Positions 18,570 through 29,900 are shown, counted from the first letter of the stretch. The stretch is DNA of 64,000 nt from Desulfobacteraceae bacterium (GCA_011389735.1 JAABTS010000004.1:3245-67244), one strand, 5' to 3'. Numbers and translations are program-made. The notes: a model not told the origin generated them from the sequence alone.

Positions 18570-18931
18570 TGAATTTTTCCTTTCTTTGTTTGTCGATGAT
18601 TCGAAACCCTATCGCCGTCGCAGTTTTTTTCATATACGCATTTCCCAGTATATGGTTCAGGGGATATATGTATTCCCCGGCGTTTAACCGTTTTTACGTT
18701 TTAATCGATCGCGGTTATCCTTGGCGGCTGAGTCATGGTTGACTAATATCGGCGATTATGACAGATATGGCTTTTCAGGTAATCAGTGCTTGAACGAAAA
18801 ACCGCAAAGTATGGCTCTGATCGGGTTTATAACTGGTCTGGTCAAGCTTTTGTGTCGCAGGCGTAAGAGCTTTCCGGCGTGGAAACGCCGGACGGCGTAA
18901 ATAAGACTGAAACCGATTATGGAGATTTAAA

Positions 18932-20305
18932 ATGCAAAATGCAATGGACACCGTTCAAAAACAACGTGAATTTTTTTTGACCCATACGACAAAAGACGTA
19001 TCGTTTAGAAAAAGGAATCTTGAAAAGCTGTTGGATGGTGTTACAAGGTATGAATCTAAAATTTTTGACGCGCTCCATGCGGATCTTCACAAGCACAAGT
19101 TTGAGGCGTATGGAACCGAAATCGGGATGGTTCGCGAGGAGCTGAAGTATCAAATCAAGCACATCGGAAAATTCGCCCGTCCAAAGCGGGTAATGACAGA
19201 CCTGCTTAATTTCCCCGGTTCCGGCCGGATATACCCTCAGCCGTATGGCGTGGTGTTGATTATTGCGCCCTGGAATTACCCTTTCCAGCTCCTTATGAAT
19301 CCACTTATCGGGGCCGTAGCCGCCGGAAATTGCGCCGTTTTGAAACCCGCCGGGTATTCCGGGCGCACAAGCGCGGTTATTCAAGAATTGATCAGAGAAT
19401 GCTTTGATGACAAATATATCGCTGTATTCACCGGCGGCCGGGAAGTGAACCAAATGCTTCTTGAAGAGCGGTATGACGCTGTTTTTTTTACCGGCTCCCC
19501 GTCGTTAGGAAAAATCGTGATGGAAAAAGCCGCCCGCCATGTAACTCCGGTGATCCTTGAACTGGGCGGCAAAAGCCCTTGTATTGTCGATTACGACGCC
19601 GATATCGACGTTTCCGCGCGACGAATCGTATTCGGCAAATTTCTTAACGCAGGCCAGACATGTATCGCTCCCGACTATTGTTTTGCTCATAAAACGATCA
19701 AAACCGAATTGCTGGAAAAAATGAAGGCGTATATCAAGGAGTTCTATTCCGATGATCCAGGGAGCAGCGAACATTACGGACGAATCATCAATGCGCGGCG
19801 TTTTGAAACCCTTTCCGATCTGATGAAATGTGGGACGGTTTATACCGGAGGCGGAAAGGACGCACGGTCGCTGTACATAGAACCCACTATTCTGACGAAC
19901 ATCGCGCCTGAAGATCGGATCATGCAAGAGGAAATTTTCGGACCGATTCTTCCTGTAATGGAATTTGAACAGCTCGACGACGTGATAAAATTTATCAACG
20001 AACGCGAACGACCTCTGGCGCTCTATTATTTCTCCAAAAGCAGAGGCAGGCGGGATAAGGTCATCGATCAAACGACGGCAGGCGGCGGTTGTATCAACGA
20101 CACCATGATGCATCTGAGCAACCCGTCGCTTCCATTCGGCGGCGTCGGGCTCAGCGGCATGGGCAGGTATCACGGCAAATACAGTTTCGAAGCCTTCAGC
20201 CATTATCGTTCGGTGCTTATAAAACCGTTTTACGGTGATAACCCGATCAGGTACGCTCCCTATCGCGATTCATGGTTGGCCGTTTTGAAAAAAATTTTCG
20301 GTTGA
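18932..20305 (+). CDS. Aldehyde dehydrogenase (ALDH3-like)
   Basis: PWNYP, FTGS, LELGGKSP, NAGQTC, EEIFGP, PFGGVG.SG. Confidence 0.95.
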   Translation: MQNAMDTVQKQREFFLTHTTKDVSFRKRNLEKLLDGVTRYESKIFDALHADLHKHKFEAYGTEIGMVREELKYQIKHIGKFARPKRVMTDLLNFPGSGRIYPQPYGVVLIIAPWNYPFQLLMNPLIGAVAAGNCAVLKPAGYSGRTSAVIQELIRECFDDKYIAVFTGGREVNQMLLEERYDAVFFTGSPSLGKIVMEKAARHVTPVILELGGKSPCIVDYDADIDVSARRIVFGKFLNAGQTCIAPDYCFAHKTIKTELLEKMKAYIKEFYSDDPGSSEHYGRIINARRFETLSDLMKCGTVYTGGGKDARSLYIEPTILTNIAPEDRIMQEEIFGPILPVMEFEQLDDVIKFINERERPLALYYFSKSRGRRDKVIDQTTAGGGCINDTMMHLSNPSLPFGGVGLSGMGRYHGKYSFEAFSHYRSVLIKPFYGDNPIRYAPYRDSWLAVLKKIFG

Positions 20306-20390
20306 AGCCGACGGATTGTTCGGTGTGAATCGTTGAAGGGGATGGTTTCCCGGAATTTTTTTTAGATGCTATTATAACGGTAAATCCGGT

Positions 20391-21320
20391 TTATTCGTAT
20401 ATGACCTGATTGCCGCCCGCTTTTTTGGCGCTTTCGACCAGGGCGAGGGTTTTCAATATCAGTTCGGCTACTTCTTCGTCGCAATGGCTGCCGATCCCAC
20501 CGGATACGGTGATTTCCAATTCTTTGGGATAACGGTTGCTCCGTTCGATCATGGTTTTGATCCGTTGAGCTGTGATCATCGCATTGCGGCCTTTCGTGTT
20601 CGGCATGATCGCCAGAAACGTTTCCGTATTGTATCTGCCGATGATATCGACTTCTCTGAGTTCCTTTATAATGGTGTTCGCTGTTTTGGCGACAACTTCA
20701 TCGCTGATTTCGTGGCCGTAGAGGTCCGTGATGGTTTTTAGGTGGTCAACCTCGAAGAGAATAATGGACAGATCTTTTGCATACCGGGATGCTTCGGCGA
20801 TTTCTTCGGTCAGACGTTCGATAATATAATTCCGGCTGAAAAGTTCGGTCAGGGGATCGATTATCGAAACCCGTTCCAGTTCTTTTGACAGAATATTCTT
20901 TTCGCGTATCAGTTTCAGAAAATTGAGGTGATTGGCGAGTTTGGCCGAAAGTTCCGAAAATACGGCGGGTTTCATTATGTAATCAGCGGCTCCGTTTTTG
21001 AAAAGGGTTTCAATCGTATCGGCGTCGAATTCCGGTATCATAAAGAGAACCGGAATATTCTTCGACCCCGCTATGGATTTGAAACGTTCGCATAGATTGA
21101 CGCCTTCCAGGCCGGAAATGTTCATATCGGAGATGATTAGATCCGGAACGGCGTTATCCATTGCCGCGACCAGCTCATTCCCATTCCCGGCGAACGCAAC
21201 CAGGTAGTTGTTTTTTTTAAGGATATTGCTTAACTGGCGCAGGTTCGCCGGATCTCCGTCCACAATTAGAACAAGTGGTGGATCGGGTGTTTCGCTTTCG
21301 TAACAATTCATTGTAACCAT
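20391..21320 (-). CDS. Response regulator with degenerate GGDEF domain
   Basis: REC domain, DPLT linker, YGH; the GGDEF site reads GRYNTETF. Confidence 0.85.
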   Translation of the reverse strand: MVTMNCYESETPDPPLVLIVDGDPANLRQLSNILKKNNYLVAFAGNGNELVAAMDNAVPDLIISDMNISGLEGVNLCERFKSIAGSKNIPVLFMIPEFDADTIETLFKNGAADYIMKPAVFSELSAKLANHLNFLKLIREKNILSKELERVSIIDPLTELFSRNYIIERLTEEIAEASRYAKDLSIILFEVDHLKTITDLYGHEISDEVVAKTANTIIKELREVDIIGRYNTETFLAIMPNTKGRNAMITAQRIKTMIERSNRYPKELEITVSGGIGSHCDEEVAELILKTLALVESAKKAGGNQVIYE

Positions 21321-21576
21321 TCTTCCGCCTTTTAACGTGTTTATATACGGATTTGATCGTCAGTACAATAATTTCATATATATTCCATTTTTTCAAGAAT
21401 GAAATCAATGGGGGAAATCGGTAAATGATCGAATCGGTTGTTGAAAAAATGGCGGGTCTTATCTGATTTTTAATGAATCCCGTGTGTTAAGGTGGGAAAT
21501 AATAATAATGGTTGACTCTGATTGAAAGAACGACTAATTTGAGAGGGGAGTTCCGGGGAACGTTCACGTAATGATC

Positions 21577-21744
21577 GGGATTGATTCTAACTTCGGCCAT
21601 TTTCATTTATCGGTATCAGTATCGCTATCGCTATCGGGATCGGGATCGGGATCGGGATCGAGATCGGGATCGGAATCGACCTTGAATCCTCCGATCCCGA
21701 TCCCGATTTGGATGCTTCGATTGGCCGAAGATAGAACCAGGCCG
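21577..21744. mobile_element. Family B MITE with GGGATC/GATCCC hexamer cargo
   Basis: TIRs GGGATTGATTCTAACTTCGGCCA / TGGCCGAAGATAGAACCAGGCC. Duplication TAATGATC at 21569-76 and 21745-52. Confidence 0.85.
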
Positions 21745-21807
21745 TAATGATCCGGCGCGAGGTGGTTCCAGGAGCAATACCTGAAAAGGAAATCGATAGG
21801 TGATCGG

Positions 21808-22749
21808 ATGGATGAACAAAAGCTCAAAAGAATCCTTGCGGGCCATAAAATCTGGCTGGAAACGGAAGCGCGAGGCGGCGAACGCGCATTATTGAAAGGG
21901 GCGGATCTTACCGGCGCTGATTTGATGCGCGCCAATCTTCAACGCGCTGATCTACGGAATGTCGTGCTTCAAAACGCCAATTTGCAGGAAGCCAATCTTC
22001 AGGAGGCGAATTTGAAAAACGCGGATTTGAAAAACGCGGATCTTCGAATCGCCTATCTCCGGTTGAGCAATCTTAACGGCGCCGACCTTGAAAGAGCGAA
22101 TTTACGAGGCGCCGATCTATGGGTGTCTGATCTATCGAACGCCAATTTGAAAGAAGCCAATCTAAGGGAGGCCAACCTCCAGGAATCCAATCTGAAAGGC
22201 GCCGTTCTGGAAGGCGCCAACCTGAAATTCGTAAAACTGACCAGATCGACGTATGACCAGATTCCCGAAACAGTTAAATCAGTCTTTGCAAAAAGCTGGC
22301 ATGTTATCGGTGCGGATGAGGCCGAAGATGACGAGGTCGAACAGTTTATCGATTTCCCATTGGCGCAGCGCAGTTCCGTCATTCGGATTCTGGAGGATTT
22401 CGCCGGCGCCCTCGACCAGCGATTCACCGATCAACCAGGAGTTATCCGAATTTCGTTTCAGGGAGAAAAGGTTTTTTTGGCCGTAGATCCGGCTGACGGA
22501 GAAAGAGTGATTATTGAAAACTATCTGAAGATCGATGAAGCCCCTCGGTCCGGTGAAGGTGGGGTTTTTATCGACATGTCGGCCGCTGAAAACGGAAACG
22601 CCGCTCCTGTGTCCCATGAACAGCCGTCTTTGGACATTGTTTCCGATATCGAAAGCAGGCTCAAACGGATCAAGCGACTTTATGACGACGGGCTGATAAC
22701 CCGAGAGGAATTGACCCGTAAGCGCGCAGCGCTTCTGGAGCGGCTATAG
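21808..22749 (+). CDS. Pentapeptide-repeat protein with C-terminal SHOCT domain
   Basis: More than 20 A(N/D)Lxx repeats; RLKRIKRLYDDGLITREEL..KRA.LL. Confidence 0.88.
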   Translation: MDEQKLKRILAGHKIWLETEARGGERALLKGADLTGADLMRANLQRADLRNVVLQNANLQEANLQEANLKNADLKNADLRIAYLRLSNLNGADLERANLRGADLWVSDLSNANLKEANLREANLQESNLKGAVLEGANLKFVKLTRSTYDQIPETVKSVFAKSWHVIGADEAEDDEVEQFIDFPLAQRSSVIRILEDFAGALDQRFTDQPGVIRISFQGEKVFLAVDPADGERVIIENYLKIDEAPRSGEGGVFIDMSAAENGNAAPVSHEQPSLDIVSDIESRLKRIKRLYDDGLITREELTRKRAALLERL

Positions 22750-22850
22750 TCTTCCGGAAATTTGTTTTCACCGCGTTTCCGATGCGGTATAAACCAACCG
22801 AATTGAGCCGGAACCGCCGTTTTGTGAAATCAAATTTCTGAAAACCATAT
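22747..22850 (+). mobile_element. Family A MITE, diverged
   Basis: TA|TAGTCTTCCGGAAATT...GTGAAATCAAATTTCTGAAAACC. The TAG is the upstream gene's stop codon. Confidence 0.7.
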
Positions 22851-22960
22851 AAGATCATGTTTTCATTTCGTAAAATGATTTTATCGACTTTTCGGAGCCG
22901 CCGCCGGGCCGCCGGTCTTCAATCAATGACCGCTTTCCTTGCCGGCAAAGGAGGATAAAA

Positions 22961-25900
22961 ATGCGATACATCCTTATAATGTTCGGGATAATGTTCGGGC
23001 TTTTACCATTCGGGGCGGCCATGTTTTCCGGCGCCGCTCATGCGGCGATTTCCTTATCGGAAAGAGCGGCGTTGATCCGCATTTACGAACAGACCAACGG
23101 CGACGGATGGATCGACAGGAGCGGATGGAAGGAAGGGAATCTCGATTCAGACGGTTTTGCGTTATCAGGAACCGAACACGAATGGAACGGCGTATACATT
23201 GAAGAAGATCATGTGACCGCCCTTTTTCTGGGGAGCAACAATCTCACCGGAACCGTTTCCTCAATGGCCGGCCTTCCATATCTCAAACATATCGATTTTT
23301 CTTACAACTCTCTGTCCGGCGAAATCCCGTCCGATCTGGCCGATATATCCGGCCTCGAGCATATCGATTTTACAAGCAACGCGTTCAGCGGCAGGGTACC
23401 CCCGGGAAACACCGGATTGACCGGCCTGACCTACCTGTCCCTCGGCGACAATCAGCTTCAGGGAGAAATCCCGCCGGGAATCGGGAATCTCGCTCAATTA
23501 ACCGTTTTAAATTTAAGTTTCAACGCCTTTAGCGGGGCGATTCCATCAGGAATCGGAAACATGGCGGCGCTCGAATACCTTTCTCTTTCCAACAACGCTC
23601 TTACCGGCGCCGTTCCGGCGGATATCGGCCAATGCGCCCGGCTGGTCGAGCTGGATCTGAGCAACAACCGTTTGACCGGTTCGATCCCCGAAAACCTCTA
23701 TAATTTAGGGAACCTGCAATATTTTTCCGTTTACGAAAATCAGTTGACCGGCGGAATTTCAAGCAGCATCGGCAATCTGGCCAATCTGAACACACTGTAT
23801 ATTTGCTGCAATTCTTTTGAAGGGCCGCTTCCCGAAACGCTGGGAAATTTAACCAACCTGGAGCGTCTGCACGCCTACGAAAACCGGTTCAGCGGGCCGA
23901 TCCCGTCGAGACTGGGAAATCTAACCAATCTTATCGATTGTTATCTGACCGATAACCAGTTTTCCGGAAGTCTTCCGCCTGAGCTGGGAAATTTAAAAAA
24001 ACTCGAGACGCTCGAAGTGTACAACAATTCCCTGTCCGGTGAAATTCCTTCGTCTTTGGGGGAACTGACATCTCTAAAACGGCTCGATCTGGACTTGAAC
24101 CGGTTTGAGGGGAGTATCCCCGCATCTTTGGGTAACCTGGCGAACCTTGAAGGGCTATATATTTCACGAAACGCCCTGACCGGAACTATTCCCCGGGAAA
24201 TCGGAAAGCTGAAGAAACTCGAGTTTCTGAAACTCCACGATAACGCCATTGAAGGCGCGATTCCGGAGGCTATTGGGAATCTGAGCAGTCTAAAAACTTT
24301 ATCGCTCTACAACAATTCGCTTACCGGCCGAATCCCGCCCGCCATCGGAAATCTGACCGGTCTGGAAATTTTATACCTATGCTGCAACGCCCTTACCGGC
24401 CCCATCCCTCCGGAAATCGGAAACCTGCCGAACCTTCAGGAAATGCATGTTTTCGACAACGCTCTGTCCGGCGCCATTCCTCCCGAAATCGGGAATCTAA
24501 CCCGTCTCGTGGAATTGAAAGCCGGCGGGAACGCTCTGACAGGAGAGATACCGTCCGAAATCGGAAAACTGACCAGTCTGTCCAGCCTTATTCTGAATGA
24601 CAATCAACTGACCGGAAACGTTCCGGAGTCGTTCATGAACCTGACCCGCATTCAAGAAGGCGAACTCAATCTTTGCGGCAATGATTTAAGCTCGACGGAC
24701 ACGAATTTGAACGATTTTCTGGATTCCAAACACGGATACGACTGGCTGGAATGTCAAAAAACAGATGACGGCGGAGAGGACGATTTTTATATCAACGGAC
24801 TGATCGTCAACATACATCATCCGGACGGCTCCTTTACAACTCGAATATACGTCTGCGGCCTGTTTCCCGAGCCCGTGGAATCGCTTTCCGTCGCCGGGCC
24901 TTCGGGAGATCCGCTTTTTGATCTGAATTCCATCGGCCGGGACGAAAACAGCGATTGCTATGTTGGAAAATTGAACGGGCGTCCCGAGCCGGGCGAATAT
25001 TCGTTTTCCGTGTCCGGAGCCGGAAAACAATTTTACGAAAAAGAAATATACGAAGCCGGCGTCATGCCCGTCCCCGATCCCGCATCCATGACGCCTGCCG
25101 ATGGCGTCCATACCGGCTCCGATGTTCCTGAATTCACCTGGGCGCCGGTCGATTACGGCCAGCCGACTTATTACCGGGTTGAAATCATGGATCAAAACAA
25201 CAGAACGGTCTACATTTCAGACCCCCTTGACAACGTTTTGTCCCACACGGTCCCTGACTGGGCCCTCGAACCGGGCCGGCCTTATTCATGGCGTCTTATC
25301 GTAGCGGACGCGCCTGACCATCGAACAGCGCCGCACCAATCCAGAAGCGCCTGGATCAATTTTACCAGCGGATTGTCAGATCAGGACGAAATTCCGAAAC
25401 CCAGGGTTTTGGGACCCGGCTATAACGCGCTGTTCCAGGGAGGGGCTGTGACATTGAGCGTCGACGGCGCTCCCATAGAGGCGCACGGCGTCAAGGCAAG
25501 GTGGAAAATCCGGCGGTTCGACAGGGGATATGCGTGCCCTGACTGTGATTACGACCCGGAGATCGATCAAACAACTGCATCCGCATCCCTGACTGTTCAG
25601 GATAGTTTGATATTGAATATGAAATATGCGTGGAAAGTAAGATTTGAATATGATGAAAACCATTATTCGGAATGGTCGGAAGAGCGGTCTTTTCTTTATG
25701 GGGAACTCACCAGGGACGCCCACGGCGTCATCCCCGGCGGCGCCGGAATCGAGAATTTCGATATGATATCGGCAGTTTGCTGGCCTGATGATCCATATTC
25801 CAATTACGTTTTCGGATCGGCCGTGACGGATTATGAACACAATTTCAGGATCGGAACCTATGATCCGGAAAATGACTGGTACAAGGTGTTCGGTTCCGGT

Positions 25901-26443
25901 GAATTTATTGTTAAACCGGGCGTTTCCATGTGGTTTCTGTCCCGCGCCGATTTCAACGTCGTGTTCACCGGGGTTCGGGTCAGCACGGAGGTCGATATTG
26001 AAGTGGATTTGAAAAGGGGATGGAACATGATCGCCTGTCCGAATCCGGAGAACTATGAGTGGGCGTCCGTCAAAGTCGTTCAATATGTGGATGGCTCGAA
26101 GGATGAAATTCGGCGGAACCCGGTTTACATCGGAGATCCGGGGGCCGCTGATTTGATCAGGAATGCGGAATACTGGGAGTGGAACAACGGCGCCTATTTA
26201 GCCATGCAATCCGGCGTTCTTTACGCCCGCAACGGTTACTGGACGAATGCGTCGGCGGATCATGTTTCTCTGCGTTTTACTCGCGAAGCCCGTATTGCCG
26301 CTCTCGCCGGCGCCGAATTTCGGAAGCCTCGCCGGTCCGCGCAACGGGACGGCGAAAGCCCTCCGCCCCCCATGAACAGTCTGAATGAAAATTTAAAGGA
26401 TGATATCGGCGGATGCTTTTTAAACACGCTTCAGGAACGCTGA
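22961..26443 (+). CDS. Secreted leucine-rich-repeat protein (plant-type 24-aa LRRs) with C-terminal GGCF motif
   Basis: Signal peptide, ERAAL...TNG..W cap, about 20 LxxLxLxxNxLxGxIP repeats, beta-rich C-terminal half, ends GGCFLNTLQER. Confidence 0.9.
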   Translation: MRYILIMFGIMFGLLPFGAAMFSGAAHAAISLSERAALIRIYEQTNGDGWIDRSGWKEGNLDSDGFALSGTEHEWNGVYIEEDHVTALFLGSNNLTGTVSSMAGLPYLKHIDFSYNSLSGEIPSDLADISGLEHIDFTSNAFSGRVPPGNTGLTGLTYLSLGDNQLQGEIPPGIGNLAQLTVLNLSFNAFSGAIPSGIGNMAALEYLSLSNNALTGAVPADIGQCARLVELDLSNNRLTGSIPENLYNLGNLQYFSVYENQLTGGISSSIGNLANLNTLYICCNSFEGPLPETLGNLTNLERLHAYENRFSGPIPSRLGNLTNLIDCYLTDNQFSGSLPPELGNLKKLETLEVYNNSLSGEIPSSLGELTSLKRLDLDLNRFEGSIPASLGNLANLEGLYISRNALTGTIPREIGKLKKLEFLKLHDNAIEGAIPEAIGNLSSLKTLSLYNNSLTGRIPPAIGNLTGLEILYLCCNALTGPIPPEIGNLPNLQEMHVFDNALSGAIPPEIGNLTRLVELKAGGNALTGEIPSEIGKLTSLSSLILNDNQLTGNVPESFMNLTRIQEGELNLCGNDLSSTDTNLNDFLDSKHGYDWLECQKTDDGGEDDFYINGLIVNIHHPDGSFTTRIYVCGLFPEPVESLSVAGPSGDPLFDLNSIGRDENSDCYVGKLNGRPEPGEYSFSVSGAGKQFYEKEIYEAGVMPVPDPASMTPADGVHTGSDVPEFTWAPVDYGQPTYYRVEIMDQNNRTVYISDPLDNVLSHTVPDWALEPGRPYSWRLIVADAPDHRTAPHQSRSAWINFTSGLSDQDEIPKPRVLGPGYNALFQGGAVTLSVDGAPIEAHGVKARWKIRRFDRGYACPDCDYDPEIDQTTASASLTVQDSLILNMKYAWKVRFEYDENHYSEWSEERSFLYGELTRDAHGVIPGGAGIENFDMISAVCWPDDPYSNYVFGSAVTDYEHNFRIGTYDPENDWYKVFGSGEFIVKPGVSMWFLSRADFNVVFTGVRVSTEVDIEVDLKRGWNMIACPNPENYEWASVKVVQYVDGSKDEIRRNPVYIGDPGAADLIRNAEYWEWNNGAYLAMQSGVLYARNGYWTNASADHVSLRFTREARIAALAGAEFRKPRRSAQRDGESPPPPMNSLNENLKDDIGGCFLNTLQER

Positions 26444-26591
26444 TTTGCGGAGCCGGTCCGGGCTGTTCACGCTTTTAAATCCTTGTTGGCGCCCGGTTCC
26501 GTCCAATCACGAATTGTTTTTTGGCCGCTCAATATCACTAATAACTTACCAGATGTATTGACATTTTTATAAAAAAGTGTGATATCCGAGT

Positions 26592-26935
26592 TATAGTCTT
26601 CCGGAAATTTAATTTCACTGCGTTGTCGGCCCGGGATATACTAAATTTATTATGTTGGATGTTGGATGTTGGATGTTGAATGTTGGATGTTGAATGTTGA
26701 ATGTTGGATGTAGGATGTTGAATTTGAGTGCCCCATTTAACATTTAACATTTGGAATTACTGCTCTGAGCGGGTTTGTAACCCGCGTCTACCCTCTCGCG
26801 GCCAACGGGGATTACAAATCCCCTTGGAGCGTGAGGAGGTTTTCGTTCATCCACTAATTATGCTGAATGTTGGATGTTGAATGTGATTGCCCCATTTAAC
26901 ATTTAGCATCTAACATTTAACATTTTTTAACATTT
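26592..26935 (+). mobile_element. Long family A remnant with 10 heptamer repeats and an inserted D core (26761-26856)
   Basis: A left TIR; (TGTTGRA)10 at 26653-26722; D core with right TIR TTTTCGTTCATCCACTA. Confidence 0.75.
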
Positions 26936-26984
26936 TTTTATAAAATTCAGGCTTTAACGGAAATACGCATCAACACGGGCGCCT

Positions 26985-29900
26985 ATGAAATCACACGACC
27001 TTCAGATACAAGAGTTGACCTGTTTACTCGAAATTTCAAGGCTCATTGAAGATCCGTATCAATCGACCGATGAAATTTTGCAAAAGACGGCGGAAACGAT
27101 TCCGAATGCATGGCGCGAACCTGAATCGATCTCGGTATGCGTCAGTACCGGCGGCAACGTATTTCAATCCTCCGGTTTCACCGAGTCCGACGAATATCGT
27201 AAATTTGATATTTCAGTGGACGGCGAACCGGCCGGTGCGATTGAACTTTTTTCAGCGGGAACCGGAGGCGTTGAGCGGATCGATCGACGTGGTGATTTTA
27301 TTGCCTCCGTGGCCGGCAGGTTGACTCGGTTTATCGAGAGCAGGCGGATTCAAGAAGCGCTTCACCGGTACCATGACCATCTTGAAATGCAAATGGCCGA
27401 AACCAATGAGGAACTCAAGAGGGAAATCGAAGACCGGAAAAAAGCTGAAGAAACGCTCAAATATCGTAATCAGGAGCTGAAACTGATCAATCAGGCGGCC
27501 CGGTCTTTCAATTCCGTGCTCGATCTGAACAAAGTCCTTGAAACCGTTATGGAAGAGGTGCGGTGTTCCATGAACGTCGTCGGCACGTCGGTCTGGCTGG
27601 TCGATCAGGATACCGGCGATTTAGTCTGCCGTCATGCGACCGGGCCCAAAGGGCGTATTGTCGAAAGCCTTCGCCTCAAACGCGGCGAGGGAATCGTCGG
27701 ATGGACCCTTGTGAACGCCAAAAGCCTCATTGTATCGGACGCTCAAAAAGACGCCCGCCATATGACCAACCTGAAGGGCGAACTTGGCATGGAGCTGAGA
27801 TCGATTCTTTGCACGCCCTTATGGAGCGGCGAGACACCTATCGGCGTCCTTCAAATTGTGGATACGGAACCCAACCGGTTCGAAGAAACCCATTTGATGA
27901 TGCTCGACGCTCTGGCCGCTTCAGCCGCGATCGCCATTGACAATGCAAGGCTGTTCAAGCAGGCGCGGGATGAAATCGATGATCGGAAAAAAATCGAAAA
28001 GATTCTGCAGGAAAGCGAGAAACGATATCGGGTCACTTTTGAAAACGCGCCTGTAGGAATTTGTCAAATTTCGACTGAAGGCCGTTTTTTGTGGGCGAAC
28101 CCAAAATTCGGAGATATCCTGGATTACCCTCCGGATGAACTGAAAGGCGCCGTTGTCGAGGACATCGTACATGCAGGGGACAGGGGCCGGTTCGTTGATA
28201 TCGATACAAAAATCCCGTTTTCAAAGGAATTTCGGTTCATCCGGAAAAACGGGACGTTCATTTGGGGGAGACTAAATTCAGCTCCGGTGACCGACGCCGA
28301 CAATCGTGTTTCTTATTCCATTACGGTTCTGGAGGACATTTCCCGGCAGAAAGAAGCCGAAGTGAAATTGATCGCCAGCAAGGAAAAATACCGCTCCATT
28401 CTGGCGAATATCGAAGAAGGGTATTTTGAGGTTGACACCGGCGGAAATATTAGATTTATCAACGATTCCATCGGTAAAATACTTGACTGCCCGGTGGACG
28501 CGCCTGTCGGAAAAAATTTAAAAGAGTTCATGGACGCCAAAAATGCGGAAATCGTTTTTGAAACCTTCAATTATGTTTTTCATACGGGGCGCCCGGAACA
28601 GGGGCTCGAATTCGAACTCATATCGACCCAGGGCGATACGCGGTATGTGGAAACATCGGTGGCCGTGATTATTGATGAAACCGGCGAGCGCACCGGTTTG
28701 AGGGGCGTTTTAAGGGATATCGGCGACCGGAAACAAGTGGAAACCATGGCCCGGGACAAGGCGATGGCGGAAACCGCCACCCGCGCCAAAAGCCAGTTCC
28801 TGGCCTGTATGAGCCATGAAATCAGAACTCCGCTCAACGGAATCGTCGGCATGACCGAATTGATTCTGGAAACGGATCTGGACGAATATCAAGCCAATCT
28901 GATTCATATTCTGCTCTCCGAAACCAACTCCTTATTGTCCATCATCGATGACATCCTGGACTTTTCCAAGATTGAAGCCGGTAAACTGGAACTCGAAGAA
29001 CTGACATTCGATCTGCGGAAGATGATTAACGGCATGGTCACAAGCCTCGCTGTCAGAGCGTCTCAAAAAGGGCTTCATCTGGATTGTGAATTGTCCCCGG
29101 AAATTCCGGATTATCTTGTGGGCGATCCGGGAAGAATCAGGCAGGTGCTGATCAATCTGGCCGGAAACGCTTTAAAATTCACTTATGAGGGAACTATCCA
29201 CATCAAGGTGGAAGTCGCCGAAGCATCCGGAGAGCAAATCAAGCTCAAATTTTTTGTCAAGGACACCGGAATCGGGATCGCCGAGAATAAAACCGGCAAA
29301 ATATTCGAAAGTTTCACCCAGGCCGACGGTTCGACGACCCGGCGCTTCGGCGGAAGCGGACTGGGAACGGCCATATCCAAACAACTGGTCGAATTGATGG
29401 GCGGAGAAATCGGCGTTCAAAGCAAGCTCAACGAAGGAAGCACTTTCTGGTTCACTGTAGCCCTGAAAAAAGCGGAGCCTCCGGGTTCCGTCGAAACCGG
29501 TGAAGCCGCTTCGCCGTCCCATGAATTGAAATCCTTGGAAGACGCCGTTACGAGCAAACCGGCCGAGGAGGGAAGCGGAGGCTATCGAATCCTTCTGGTC
29601 GAAGACGCGATTATCAATCAGCAAGTCGCCATGTTGCATCTGAGAAATTCGGGCTACTGGGTGGATATTGCGGAAAACGGCGAAAAAGGCGTGAATGCGT
29701 TTAGCAAAGAACATTATGATTTGATTTTGATGGATATCGAGATGCCTTTGGTTGACGGTTTCGAGGCCACTAAGCGAATCCGGGAAATTGAACGAAATTC
29801 AACCCAAAACCGGCCTGAATCCGCCGGCGTCCCGATCATCGGAATCACCGCGCACGCCATTAAAGAATGTAAGGAAAAATGCCTTGCGTCGGGAATGAAC

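Noticed and set aside
18840-18910. c-di-GMP riboswitch at the TCCGGCGTGGAAACGCCGGA hairpin
   Set aside because: Only one hairpin; the second stem and conserved GEMM residues are not evident.
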